Shown here piece after piece: positions 12,069 to 24,179 of a stretch of DNA of 64,000 nt (positions are counted from its first letter, which is position 1; every line of letters begins with the position of its first letter). The notes under the pieces were generated by a model that was not told the origin of the DNA, ran no database searches, and worked only from the letters and a program-made list of their open reading frames with translations. This DNA is from Octopus sinensis (Eukaryota), in the NCBI RefSeq assembly GCF_006345805.1, contig NC_042998.1:86738001-86802000 (forward strand), written 5' to 3'. The position numbers and the translations under genes are program-made.

Positions 12069-12860
12069 GTTGCTATTATGTTAAACTGTCATGTGTCCAA
12101 ATTTGGCCAAATATGTTTTATTCAATATTTATTTTTGCTTGCTATAGCCAGGTCTTTTGGTCAAACAATTGTATCTCCAGCTGCTTCAAATGCCAAGATA
12201 TCAAAAATTGTAAAAGTATAGTCCAACAGTTTTGCTATGGAATGATGAACCTATTATTGGTTTTCTGGAAAAGCAACATTTTGGACTTACAACACTTTTG
12301 CATAATAGCATCGATATATATATGATAATAATAATTGCTTTAGTAACGAGAAGATGAATTTGGTATTAATCTTTATTTTGTACAATGGTTATTTTGACCC
12401 ATTCTGCTACTGTCCTTTATGGGTGGGACTCCTTTCAACATGTTGCATTGCATCAGTTTTGCTGTCTGGGTCTCATCAGATACATCTACACATAAAGATG
12501 TGTCTCACTAAAGATCCCATGTTTTGGCTGTCATGTTGTAATATGCCTGTCTGGTTAGGAAACTGTGCCAGTGCACTACTCAACAAATTACCACACTAAT
12601 CAACACATACCCATTAGTCAAAATTTATATATACTTATATTAAACTTTTTAATACTTTTTGACTGTTATATATATTTAGAAAAAAAAATTATAAATATAA
12701 ATTAATAATTTTAATTTTAAATTTAAATTTAAATAATTTAAATTTTTAAATTTTATATTTTATATATTTTGTATATTATATTAATTATTTTTATTTTTAT
12801 GTTTTGGTTTATGTTTTTCACTGTTTGATTTACCTAATAGTGGTTTTATCTCTAATTTGA

Positions 12861-13395
12861 TCTCTGTATTATAATTCTGAAATGCGAAATGTTTGTTTGT
12901 CTGGTTTTGGCATTGGAACGGGTTAAAGGGCACTAGATTTCGTCGGATTGACTCCAAAATTTACAGGGACATGTAAAATGAGGTGAGGATGTGAGTGGGC
13001 TAGGTTAAAAATCCCTATCTTAAAGGTGTGGTTACTAGGGCAAAAAAAAACGCACACTTTCACAAGTCATCTCTCATTCTCTGATCTGCCTGTCTTCCTC
13101 TGTCTCTCTCTCTTTCCTCCATTCCTTTCACTTTCTCTCTATAACGTCGTTTGACAGCATCTACTATCTTTCCCCCGCCGCCTTCACTCTTCTCCCTCCC
13201 CCTCTCTCTCTCACTCTAGGTCTGTCTGCTTTCATAGAGAGATTATTATCACCATCACCACTACACAATCATGAAAACAAATATTATGAATCAGATATTT
13301 ATTGGGTTAATTTATATATGTGTGTGTATTCTATATATAAATATGTATATATAATGTATATATACAAAGTGTATATATCTATATTTATATATATA

Positions 13396-13441
<46 letters not shown>

Positions 13442-14414
13442 GTATACATTTGTATATATATAGCGTACACACACATATATATAATGCGTATATATATACA
13501 TATATAAATTTAATGCGTATATATATATATAATGTGTGCATTATGTGGTTGGTTGACGTGAAAATATGCACACCTATATTAAAAGTGCTGGCAAGTTTGC
13601 ATGGCAACTACTTTTTTCCTCAAATGAAAGGTGTGACCTCTAGGACAAAATTCCTCATCTTATAAAATGTGGCCCGAGTAGACCTGAATGAAATTGGGTT
13701 ATATTAACCAAAATGTGAAAAGGGGTCTAAATGGGGCTGGAAGGGGATTAAAATTTACATGAGCAGGTGCTTAGGAATTCTCTGTTACATCAAGCTAAAA
13801 AATTTGCGCCAGTCTTTTAATCGTCAATGTGTTGCCATCCATGATGAAGAAGTTTTGAATGCTTGCCACGGTGAGTCTACTGTCGTGAGAAAGAATCAGT
13901 TCAAAACTTGGTGTTTAGGAATTTTCTTTTACATCAAGTTCAAAATTTTACGCCAGCCATGAAACTGCCACTACATTGCTGTCGTCGTTAAGAAATGCCA
14001 GCCATGGTGACTCTACTATCCTCAGATTCTATCCCTTCAAATTTTGGTTTACAAATTTTTTTTATTTTTATTCAGCTCGCAAGTTTGTCTGTCCCTTTTA
14101 AATGTTAGTGTTTTGCTGTTTGCCTTGAAGCAGTCCTTTCCATTGTCACTGCCTGATATTTACGATTGATCTTTCAAAATATTTTCTTTCTCAACTTACT
14201 CAAGATCTTTTGTTGTTTATAAATGGGAGAGAGATAGATAGAGAAAGATAGAGAGTAAGAGAAAGTGAGGGAGAGTCCGAGAGAAAGGAAGAGTAAGAGA
14301 GTGAGAAAGTGAGAGAGAAACAAAGAGGGAGAATGTGGTGATAAAAAACAGAAAGGAAGCAACAGAAAGTAAGAACCACACTCTTACCCCCACGTAGAGT
14401 GGATCACCTTAAGC

Positions 14415-14417
<3 letters not shown>
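12861..14417 (+). mobile_element. Non-autonomous Helitron-like element, copy 1
   Basis: TC-like 5' end and CTAG|T 3' end at 14414-14417. Colinear reverse complement of 56617-58464. Confidence 0.65.
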
Positions 14418-14477
<60 letters not shown>

Positions 14478-14482
14478 TACAC

Positions 14483-14515
<33 letters not shown>

Positions 14516-14539
14516 TTACCATTGTCATCATCATTTAAT

Positions 14540-15095
14540 ATCCATTGTCTATGCTGGCATAGTTTGGACGGTTTGAGCTGGCAAGCTGGGGAGCTGAACC
14601 ATACTCCAGTTTAATTTGGTATGGTTTCTATAGCTGGATGCCTTTCCTATTGTCAACCACTTTGCAGAGTGTACCGGGTGCTTTTACATGGCACCACATG
14701 GGCGATTTTACATGGTGTCACACAGACACTATTATCTGGTGCCACAAGGGCACATTTATGTAGTACTGTCATGACAGCTTTTTATGTGGCACTAGTACAG
14801 AACTCTTGCAGGTCGATCCTCACCACCAGGGGTGCTGGTCTTAACACTTCTGCAGCAGGGCATGGGTATTCTTGAGCACAGCAAGGTGCCAGGCATCTCG
14901 GTCTTTTGTCATCTTACATGAAAGTTTCAGCATCCTGAGGTCGTTCTTCAGTACTTTGTTCCATGTCTTCCTGGGTCTCCCACTTCCACGTGTTCTGTCT
15001 ACTTTGAGAGATTGACACTTCTTTATGGAACTGATTGCATCCATCCGCATCAGATGACCAAACCAGTGCAGTCTTCTCTCTTGTACACTGCAACT
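14540..15095 (-). mobile_element. RTE LINE 3' end with 3' UTR/tail
   Basis: ORF 14841..15164 contains ERRLHWFGHLMRM...RGSGRPRKTW...KDRDAW, followed by the RTE 3' UTR (CTGGATGCCTTTCCT family) and a (GAT)n tail. Confidence 0.85.
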
Positions 15096-15230
15096 AATTC
15101 CTAATATACAATATATATATGAATATGTATATATAATAATAATAATATTAGGGAATAAATCCAAACTTACAGGGAAAAATTAAATTTAGGATTAAATCCA
15201 ATTTTATAGTATAAATATATTATATTATAT

Positions 15231-17250
15231 TAGAGATAAAACCACTATTAGGCAAATCAAACAGTGAAGAACATAAGCCAATGCATAAAATTAATTTAAA
15301 AATATAAAAGTTAAAAATTAAAAAATTGTTAAAATAATTTAAACTTATAAATTTTAAATATATATATATATATATATGTATGTATATTTTTATATTCATA
15401 TATTATTTTGTTTATTAATTAATTAATTAATTTATTTATTTATTTATTAATTTACTTTTTAATTTTTTTTTTAATAAATATCAAAAGTATTAAAAGTTTA
15501 ACAAAAGATAAAGAGTAAAACACTACGATCGTTTCATGGCTGTACCAATTCGAATAACAATAATTTAAATTCAATAATAATTCGAGTTATGGTTACAGTC
15601 AATCTTCAGGTTAATTGAAATATTTTAAAATAATCAGAAATATTTAAACAATATTTTTAAGATATAATAATATAATTATTTTACTTATAATAAACTCTAT
15701 TATCAAACTAGAAACTTAAAACTTAACAATTATGATTATATCAAAAACGATTATAATGTTAAATAATAATTTTAATTTTTAAGGTAAGAAACCCACTGAT
15801 AATCTAATGTCAGTAATAATCTATATCTAATTACATAAATATTTTTTTTTTAAATGACTATTATATATAAAAAATTATCAATGGAAATATATAAATGTAT
15901 ATAAATATTATAATTAAGATCTAAAATAATTTCTATAAATAAATATATATGCACATATAATAAAGACCTAATAAATTAATATTTCATATTTAAATATGAA
16001 ATATCTAAATTCAAAAATATAAACAAACTTAAACGAACTTTCGGAAATCTTATTTAAAATACTTATAGAAATAATCAATTCATAGTTATATAGTATCGAA
16101 TAAATACTATAAATACAATAAATATATTTATCAATGGCAAATATCAATTTAAAAAGACAATAACTAAGTTATGCTATTAAGTTAGACATGGCCTGGACCA
16201 ATCTTTTATCGAAACATATCTAAGTTTATCTAATTTTAATTATAAGAAATTTAAAACTACAATTAATACTATTAATACATGTATATACATAAATCTAACT
16301 TTAGACAACTTGTAATCTTGCTATCAAACAACATATCTATCGCTAAGTAATATCTTACGAATAAACTTAAATTTAATATCTAATAATTATATAGAAAATT
16401 ACGATAATTAGATCATTACATAAACAACAATATTTACATAAGAAAAATATTATTACACCAAAGACTTATAAAAATATTAAAATTTACAATTTAAAGATGT
16501 TAAATATAAATAGATACTTATCTTAGCGAGGTTTTGTAATGAATTATTTTAGATCTTAATTATAATATTTATATACATTTATATATTTCCATTGATAATT
16601 TTTTATATATAATAGTCATTTTTAAAAAAAATATTTATGTAATTAGATATAGACTATTACTGACATTAGATTATCGGTGGGTTTCTTACCTTAAAAATTA
16701 AAATTAATATTTAACATTATAATCGTTTTTGATATAATCATAATTGTTAAGTTTTAAGTTTCTAGTTTGATAATAGAGTTTATTATAAGTAAAATTATTA
16801 TATTATTTATATCTTAAAATATTGTTTAAATATTTCTGATTATTTTAAAATATTTCAATTAACCTGAAGATTGACTGTAACCATAACTCGAATTATTAAT
16901 TGAATTTAAATTATTGTTATTCGAATTGGTACAGCCATGAAACGATCGTAGTGTTTTACTCTTTATCTTTTATTGAACTTTTAATACTTTTGATATTTAT
17001 TAAAAAAAAAATTAAAAAGTAAATTAATAAATAAATAAATTAATTAATTAATTAATTAATAAACAAAATAATATATGAATATAAAAATATACATACATAT
17101 ATATATATATTTGTATATATATATTTAAAATTTATAAGTTTAAATTATGTTAATATTTTTTAATTTTTAACTTTTATATTTTTAAATTAATTTTATGCAT
17201 TGGCTTATGTTTTTCACTGTTTGATTTGCTTAATAGTGGTTTTATCTCTA
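15231..17250. mobile_element. Large AT-rich foldback (inverted-repeat) element: ~700-bp arms, ~610-bp spacer
   Basis: 15231-15930 is a near-perfect reverse complement of 16543-17250. Terminal motif TAGAGATAAAACCACTATTAGGCAAATCAAACAGTGAA. Confidence 0.85.
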
Positions 17251-17300
<50 letters not shown>

Positions 17301-17313
17301 GATAAAAAATTAA

Positions 17314-17365
<52 letters not shown>

Positions 17366-17839
17366 GGGAGTATAACTCCACACTTACAGGGTAAAATTCA
17401 ATTTAGTATTAAATCAAATTTCACAATATAAATATATAAATATAAATCAGTGATAGAACCGCTATAATGCAACTCAAACAGTGATAGACATAAACCAATA
17501 CATAAATAACAAGTAATATATGTAATAATTTTTTTTTTATGTCTATCACTCTTTGAGTTGCATAATAATGGTTTTATCTCTAATTTATATTATATATATA
17601 TATATCCAGTGATCATATATCCTATCATCAGCATTGCTTTACACCTTAACAGAAAAAAATAAACTTTTAACTTAGACTCAATCTACACACCTGTTAAAAA
17701 AATACCATGAACAAGTATAGGGTAGGCTCCGCTGTCAGGCATAATTTAATTATAGATGATTTTTAACTGAATCCTATCTGAAGCATTAATAAAAAAAGAA
17801 AAGAAAACTCTTCTTTCAAACTTTTGTTTTATTTTTCAG

Positions 17840-17961
17840 ATTCTTGTTCAGCCTTTTCTATTTCCAATAACAGTGGTGAAATCAGAATTGAATCTGATAA
17901 TCTTGACCGAGAAGATCCTGTAATTGATAAACTGAATGGCGTCTGTACTGTTGAAATAAAG
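17840..17961 (+). CDS. Cadherin exon (DSCSAFSISNNSGEIRIESDNLDREDP...VEIK), phase 1-0
   Basis: tttcAG/GTattt boundaries, 122 nt, LDRE motif. Phase matches the previous exon. Confidence 0.9.
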
Positions 17962-18464
17962 GTATTTTCATTTATATACTATTCTTCATTGTTTTTTACA
18001 GGATGAAGCAATAAATTGACTCTTTGTTTCATTTTAGCTACCTAGATATTAATATTGGTTTCAAATTTTGGCACAAAGCCAGCAATTTCAGGGAAAGGGG
18101 CTAAGGCAATTACATCATCCCCAGTACTCAACTGGTACTTATTTTATTGAACCTGAAAAGATGAAAGACAAAGTCAACTTAAGTGGAATTTGAACTCAGA
18201 ACATAAAAACAGAAGCATCTAGATATTAGTATTAATGGATAGAGAGAATCATTCAAACATTGGACAAGATGCTCTGCTCTATTTGGTTACAACTTTGCAG
18301 TTTTTGAGTTCAAATTCTGCCACAGTCAACAACTTTGCGTTTCACTCTTTCAGAGTAGAAAAATAGGTACTAGTCAAGTACTGGGGTCAATCTAATGATC
18401 TATATCCTCTGCAAAATCTTATGATCATGCGAATATAAAAGAAATCAATGTAAACCAACAGATA

Positions 18465-18590
18465 GGTGCAGGAGTGGCTGTGTGGTAAGTAGCTTGCTTA
18501 CCAACCACATGGCTCCGGTTTCAGTCCCACTGCATGGCACCTTGGGCACGTGTCTTCTATTAGAGCCTCAAGCTGACCAAAGATATCTAA
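18465..18590 (+). mobile_element. Truncated tRNA-derived SINE (same family as 60049-60360)
   Basis: GGTGCAGGAGTGGCTGTGTGGTAAGTAGCTTGC...GGTTTCAGTCCCACTG head. Confidence 0.8.
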
Positions 18591-18781
18591 ATTCAAAGGA
18601 ATATAGTATGGAATCTTCAATAATATCATTGTAAAGAAAAAGAACAAAGAAAAACGAAAGTAAAAACTCACAAAAGATAGCTTTTGAGTGCATTATGAAA
18701 ATATTTAAAAAATAAGTTATTTCATCTTTATTTAGACTTAGGCTTAAAATCATTGACCAATATTTCTCTTGTATTTTATAG

Positions 18782-18969
18782 GCTTATGAAATAAAAAATA
18801 ACCAAAAAGGTGATAGTGTCACGAAAAACATCACAATATTTGTAGAAGATGTGAATGACAATGATCCCTTGTTCAATAAAAATCTTTTACTGCAAAGGTC
18901 AATGAAAATACTACAAAGGATAATCCAGTAACAATAAATGAGATTATAACTGTAAAAGACGAGGATACG
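18782..18969 (+). CDS. Cadherin exon (AYEIK...VEDVNDNDPLFNK[K]SFTAKVNENTT...VKDEDT) carrying a -1 frameshift
   Basis: tAG/GTactg boundaries and DVNDNDP motif. 188 nt lies between two phase-0 junctions (189 needed). One extra A in the A5 run at 18878-18882 restores the frame. Confidence 0.85.
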
Positions 18970-19439
18970 GTACTGAATTTTTGCATTTCTCACATATTTT
19001 ATTCTTCTTCTTCCTATCTTATCTTTTGTATTATTTATAAATATTTTAGTGTTTTAATCTTCCATTTTTTAAAAATAGCATTGTGCTGAGCCCTCTCAAA
19101 TAAGAAAATTGAGTGAGAAAATTCGTTTTTGTTCGGATGTTGAGTTTAAAATAGTGTTGCTGTCAGTGTTTGGTTGTTTGTATGAAAACAACTTGAGCAG
19201 GTATATTTTAAAAAATTGAGCATTGAATATTTCGATGCAAATGATAGATTTTACACTCCTGATACATACAATAGTTAAGTTTGAATTAGAATTGCATAAT
19301 AAACAGCTGTGTTGTAGTTTGTTGCATGAGTATAACATAATAGAAGAGACATGTATTTATTTTGTTATCAATTTAGTTACAATAAAATTGAAGGGTCTAT
19401 TGGCAGCTGAAGTAGAAAGAAGAATAGTGGGACTATTCA

Positions 19440-20810
19440 CAGCAATCTGAATTAGTTACAGAGGGAATTATAGCTCAGTTGATTAGGAATAGAATTAACC
19501 TAGATGAGACACAGTTTGGTTTTGTACCTGGGAAGAGTACCACAGATGCCATCTTCCTAGTGAGACAGCTGCAGGAAAATACTTGGCCAAAAGTAAGCCA
19601 TTGTACTTAGCCTTCACTGACCTGGAGAAAGCTTTCAACAGAGTTCCCTGCTCTCTTAAATGGTGGTTTCTGAGGAAGTTAGGAGTAAAGGAGTGGCTTG
19701 TTAGAGCCATACAAACCATTTACAGAGGTGTTGTCAGTAAAGTGAGAGTCGGGCATAAATAGAGTGATGAATTTAGCGTACAGGTAGGAGTTCACCAGGG
19801 CTCAGTTCTTAGTTCACTCCTATTCATCATAGTGCACCAGGCCATAACAGAGGAATTCAAAACTGGATGCCTGTGGGAACTACTGTACACTGATGACCTC
19901 ACCTTCATTGCAGAATCTGTAGCAGAATTGGAGAAGAAATTCCTGGTATAGAAGCAAAACCTGGAATCAAGGAGCCTTAAAGTTAACCTAGCTAAGACCA
20001 AAGGTGTTGCTAGCAAGAACACAGATAAGACTCTCTTTCCATTAGGTAAGTGGCTCTGCTCAATTTGTAGGAAAGTGATTTCATTCACTGCACGAAATGT
20101 AGGTTATCAACCTGTAAGAGATGCAGTGGAATCACAGGTAGATTAACAGATAAAGTCATCTTTGTATGTGGCAGATGTGCATAAGCAATAAGCACTAAGA
20201 GCACACCGGACTTACACACTCTCAAATGCCCAGGATGCTCTCTTGAAGTAGTAGATAGTTTCTGTTACCTAGATGACCAAATTAGGATTGGTGATGGATG
20301 CTCTGAAAGTAATGCTTCTAGAATAAGAATAGGATGGAGGAATTTCAGAGATCTATTACCTCTGTGGGCAACAGAAAGACTTTCTCAGAGTGAAAGGTAG
20401 ATTGCATGATGCCTGTGTATGAATGGCTATACTCTATGGTAATGAAACATGGGCTCTGAATGCAGAAGACGTGTAGATAAGAGAGAAATGAACACATTAT
20501 TCTCAGCTGGATGTTACAGCAAAATGCAAATGTGTTGAGAGAAACGTTGGGCATAAGAGGAATCAAATGCAGCATGCATGAGAGAAGATTACATTGGTTT
20601 GGATATGTGATCCATATAAGACAGTTGCATAAAGAAGAACCAGTCACTGAATGTGGATGGCACTTATGGAAAAAGGCGACCCCAGGAAGACATGAGATGA
20701 AGTGGTGATCACTGATCTCAGGATGTTGGGGCTCATGGAGGAAATGACAATGGTCCGAGATGTCTAGTGATATGAGGATGTAGAGAAGACCACCCATGCC
20801 AGTGAATCTG
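19440..20810 (+). mobile_element. Decayed RTE LINE (reverse transcriptase to C-terminus)
   Basis: QFGFVPGKSTTDAIFLVRQLQE, LAFTDLEKAFNRVP, GVHQGSVLS, LYTDDL and ERRLHWFGYV motifs, with stops and frameshifts. Confidence 0.9.
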
Positions 20811-21589
20811 ATCCCAAACTGTTTCTCTTCTCTTCCTCACATTTCCTCTTCATAGCTATGATTATCTCCCACTCACCAATCTAATCCTTTCAACACTGCC
20901 CACTCTATTATTGCTCTCCCTTGTCCCCTCCCCCTCTATACCCAGATTTTCACCAGTTACAGCATTACAACATTCCCCACTCACACATCCTACTTCTTGG
21001 CAACACTCTACCTGCACCTGCCATCATTCATTTATTTCTTCTTTCCTCTACCGTTCCATCTATTCCCTGATCTTTGTTCATTGCAAGCATACCCTAGCAC
21101 TAACTGCCATCCCTCTCTTGTTCTTTCTGTCTCCTACTTTCTCTCTCTCCCTTACTCTTCCTTCTTGTTGAATAATCATGAATTTCCTCTACAACAACAA
21201 ACTTGTTTCTGTCCTCATTCTTGATCAATCTCTCTCCCTCCTTCTGTTTAGGTAACCATGTCTCTCCTGTACAGCAGCACATCTCTTTCTTGTTAACTCC
21301 CCCTCTCTTACTAGGTTACGATGTCCTACATCTTCAGCAGCACACCTGTTTCTGCTCTCATTCTCGTTATTTCTCACTCTCTTTCTGTCCTCTTCCTCTC
21401 TTTCTCTTTCTCTCTCTCCTTCCCTCTCTCTGGCTTGGTAACCATTTACCTCCTCTGCAGCAAGACATCTATTTCTGTCTCTCTGTTACAGTCTAACCTT
21501 TCATCATCTGACACAAGAACACCTCCTCCAATGCCCCCTCAACTTTTAAAGATTCCTTGTCTTTCAAAATTACTTGGTGACCCTGCTTG

Positions 21590-21880
21590 TACAGGTGCCA
21601 CTTAAAAAGCACCCACTCCACACTGTAAAGTGGTTGATATCTGGAAGAGCAGCTAGCTGTAAAAATCATACCAAAACTGACCTCAACTCTGCTGATGTCA
21701 CATAAGATGCACTCAGCCCACTCTGCAGAGTGTTTGGTGTTAGAAAGGGCATCCAGTCATAAAAAACCATGCCAAAACATACACAGAAATATGACAGACT
21801 CCTACTTGGCCAGCTCCTGTCAAACTGTTCAACCCATGCCAGTATGGAAGGAGAGCATTAAATCATGATGATGATCATGC
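21590..21880 (-). repeat. RTE-type 3' UTR/tail repeat
   Basis: Reverse complement of the CTGGATGCCCTTCCTAAC family. Other copies at ~3880-4090, 33520-33990, 39460-39900, 51720-51870 and 62480-62590. Confidence 0.7.
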
Positions 21881-22014
21881 AAAATGTTGCTAGAAATCCA
21901 GAACTATTTTGAGATTTGCTTTTTAACATGAATTTAATGGAAGAAAGAAAGTTTCTCCCTGAGGTCGTCTCTAGAAAGAAGGACTATAAACTATAAGTAA
22001 TATTTGTTAAGGGA

Positions 22015-22230
22015 CTAAGGCAGCAAGCTGACAGAATCGTTAGCATGCCATGCAAAATGCTTGGTGGCATTTCGTCCATCTTCATGTACTGAGTTCAAAT
22101 TCTGCTGAGGTCAACTTCGCTTTTCATCCATTTGGGAGTTGATAAAATAAGTACCAGTTGAACACTGGAGTTGATGTAATTTAGTTAACCCCTCCCTCAA
22201 AATTGCTGGCTTTGTGCCAGTTTTTGAAAA
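22015..22230 (+). mobile_element. SINE (GAGTTCAAATTC...TTTCATCC...GATAAAATAAGTACCAGT family)
   Basis: Same family at ~18040-18220 (minus) and 44275-44500 (plus). Confidence 0.7.
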
Positions 22231-22859
22231 TAATATTTCTTGAGAGACTGGGACAGAGACAAAGAGAGATAATGGTAGCAGTAAGAAATAGAGAAACACT
22301 ACAATATGTATGAATTATAATGAAGTATAAGGACCAGGTTTAGTTAAAGAGTCTGGGCTACTGTCTCTTCAATTATGAGTCAAAATTTACTGTTATTTAT
22401 ATGTTTGCCTCTTAACTCTTAAATGGTCAAGTACCACACTGAGCATAAAGACTACATTCTCAAGAATGATTCTTGCAATGATTAGAAGTTGTGACTGCGT
22501 CCTACATATTTTTTTAATGATTCCATTAAAACAAATTATAGAAGGAAAAAATCTTTTTACCACTAGTTTAATTTTCTGTGATAGAATAAGAATGATTTTC
22601 ATTATCACTAAGGCAGTTTTTTGCCAAAAAGTTAAAACTCATAAAAACGTTCATTTCAAGGTTAAAACCAAAGATAAAAGGTATTTTTTAAATGATTAAT
22701 CATTGTAACGAATCATTTTTTAAAGTTAATAAAGTTAAAATCAAGTAAAAAAAAGTTAAAACAAGGTTTTAAAAAAGATGAAATTTCTCTAAAAAGTAAT
22801 TTCTTTTTAGATTCTGAAAAGAATAAATAAATTTATTGATATATATATTTATGTATTGA

Positions 22860-23320
22860 TTAAACCTAAATTTGATATATATTTCTGCAAATTTTTAGTA
22901 GAACTGTTGTCTGGGGCTATCACTTTGGAGCTCTTTTTAGCACTCCCTATGACTTGTCCTACCTTTCAATTTTTTTTTATTCTCAACTCATTTGTTTCTG
23001 TAATAGTAATTGTTGTTGTTGCTTCTACTTTTGTTCTTGCAGTTGTAGCTGCTGCTGTTGTTGCTTATACTTTTGTTCTTGCAGTTGTAGCTGCTGCAGT
23101 TGTTGTTCATTCAGTTGTTGTTGTTTCTGCCATTATTCTGGCAGTTGTAGCTACTGCTGTTGTTGTTGCTTCTACCGTTGTTCTGGCAGTTGTAGCTGCT
23201 GCTGTTGTTCTTTCAGTTGCTGTTGTTGCTGTTTTTGCAGCCCGAGCAAACCAGCCAACAAATTTTCCCAAATTTTGCAATTTTTATTTTCCGTAAATTC
23301 ACACCAAAAAAGCTTTTGTG
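22860..23320 (-). mobile_element. Gypsy-like gag N-terminal remnant with glutamine-rich tandem repeats
   Basis: Minus frame reads ENLLAGLLGLQKQQQQQLKEQQQQLQL..., with ~42-nt repeated units, stops and a downstream ISNFRFN-like segment. Confidence 0.5.
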
Positions 23321-23614
23321 TGTTTGTTAATTCCTCATTGACACTGTTTTCATCCTTAATGTTGGATTGTTATAATATCCACTCAGGTATAGTAACATAG
23401 TTAATAAGACAAGTAAGACTACAACTATCTATGACCATATATTTCATATTCTCTCTCAACACTGACAGACATCCTCTTATTTATAATGACTACCACATAC
23501 CATTTGTCATGTGGGATGGGTGAACGATTATTATTCTTATCCCCACAACAATAATACTCATACATCACAAAGTAATTAAAACTAGAGAGAGCTCCTAAAT
23601 GTTTATGGATATAT

Positions 23615-23672
<58 letters not shown>

Positions 23673-24014
23673 GATAAGCTTAAAATGAAGTTAAAATGTG
23701 TCAAAGTAAAAAAGTAAGATTTAAAAATTATGAAAATAAGGTTTAAAATCAAGTAATTTTCAAGATTAAAAAATGTTTCTTGACAATTACTCATATAAAC
23801 AAGACAATTCCAAACATTTATCTATAAATTTTAAGAAAGACAAAAATTCCCTGAAAAGATAGCTTTTATATTAAATTGTTTAAGAATTAAGTTTAGATCA
23901 ACAGTCTAGAAAATTATAACCTTATATACAATTTTGTCTAAGAATATATATTTTTTCTTCTCATTCTACTAACATAATGAAGTACATTTTTATGTACTAC
24001 TTCATTTGTTTTAG

Positions 24015-24179
24015 GTGGAGTACAGTAAATTCAGTCTTAGCTTGAAAACTTTGGATGGTAAACCATTCACTGCTCTTAAAGTTATTCCAGTAGAATCAGT
24101 AACAGAAACAACTATAGCTCTGAGTGTTAATAATCCTGATGAACTTGATTATGAAAAGGAGAAACAAATGACATTTAAG
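24015..24179 (+). CDS. Cadherin exon (VEYSKFSLSL...PDELDYEKEKQMTFK), phase 0-0
   Basis: tAG/GTacgt boundaries, 165 nt, LDYE motif. Confidence 0.92.

Noticed and set aside
15932-16542. Extremely AT-rich spacer resembling a mitochondrial control-region insertion (NUMT)
   Set aside because: No recognisable mitochondrial tRNA, rRNA or protein sequence. It is better explained as the foldback interior.
22856-23400. Cys-rich (SCSCCCCC) and Val/Ala-rich plus-strand ORFs resembling a metallothionein or membrane protein
   Set aside because: Antisense readings of the CAG/CAA-rich minisatellite, with no splice or start context.
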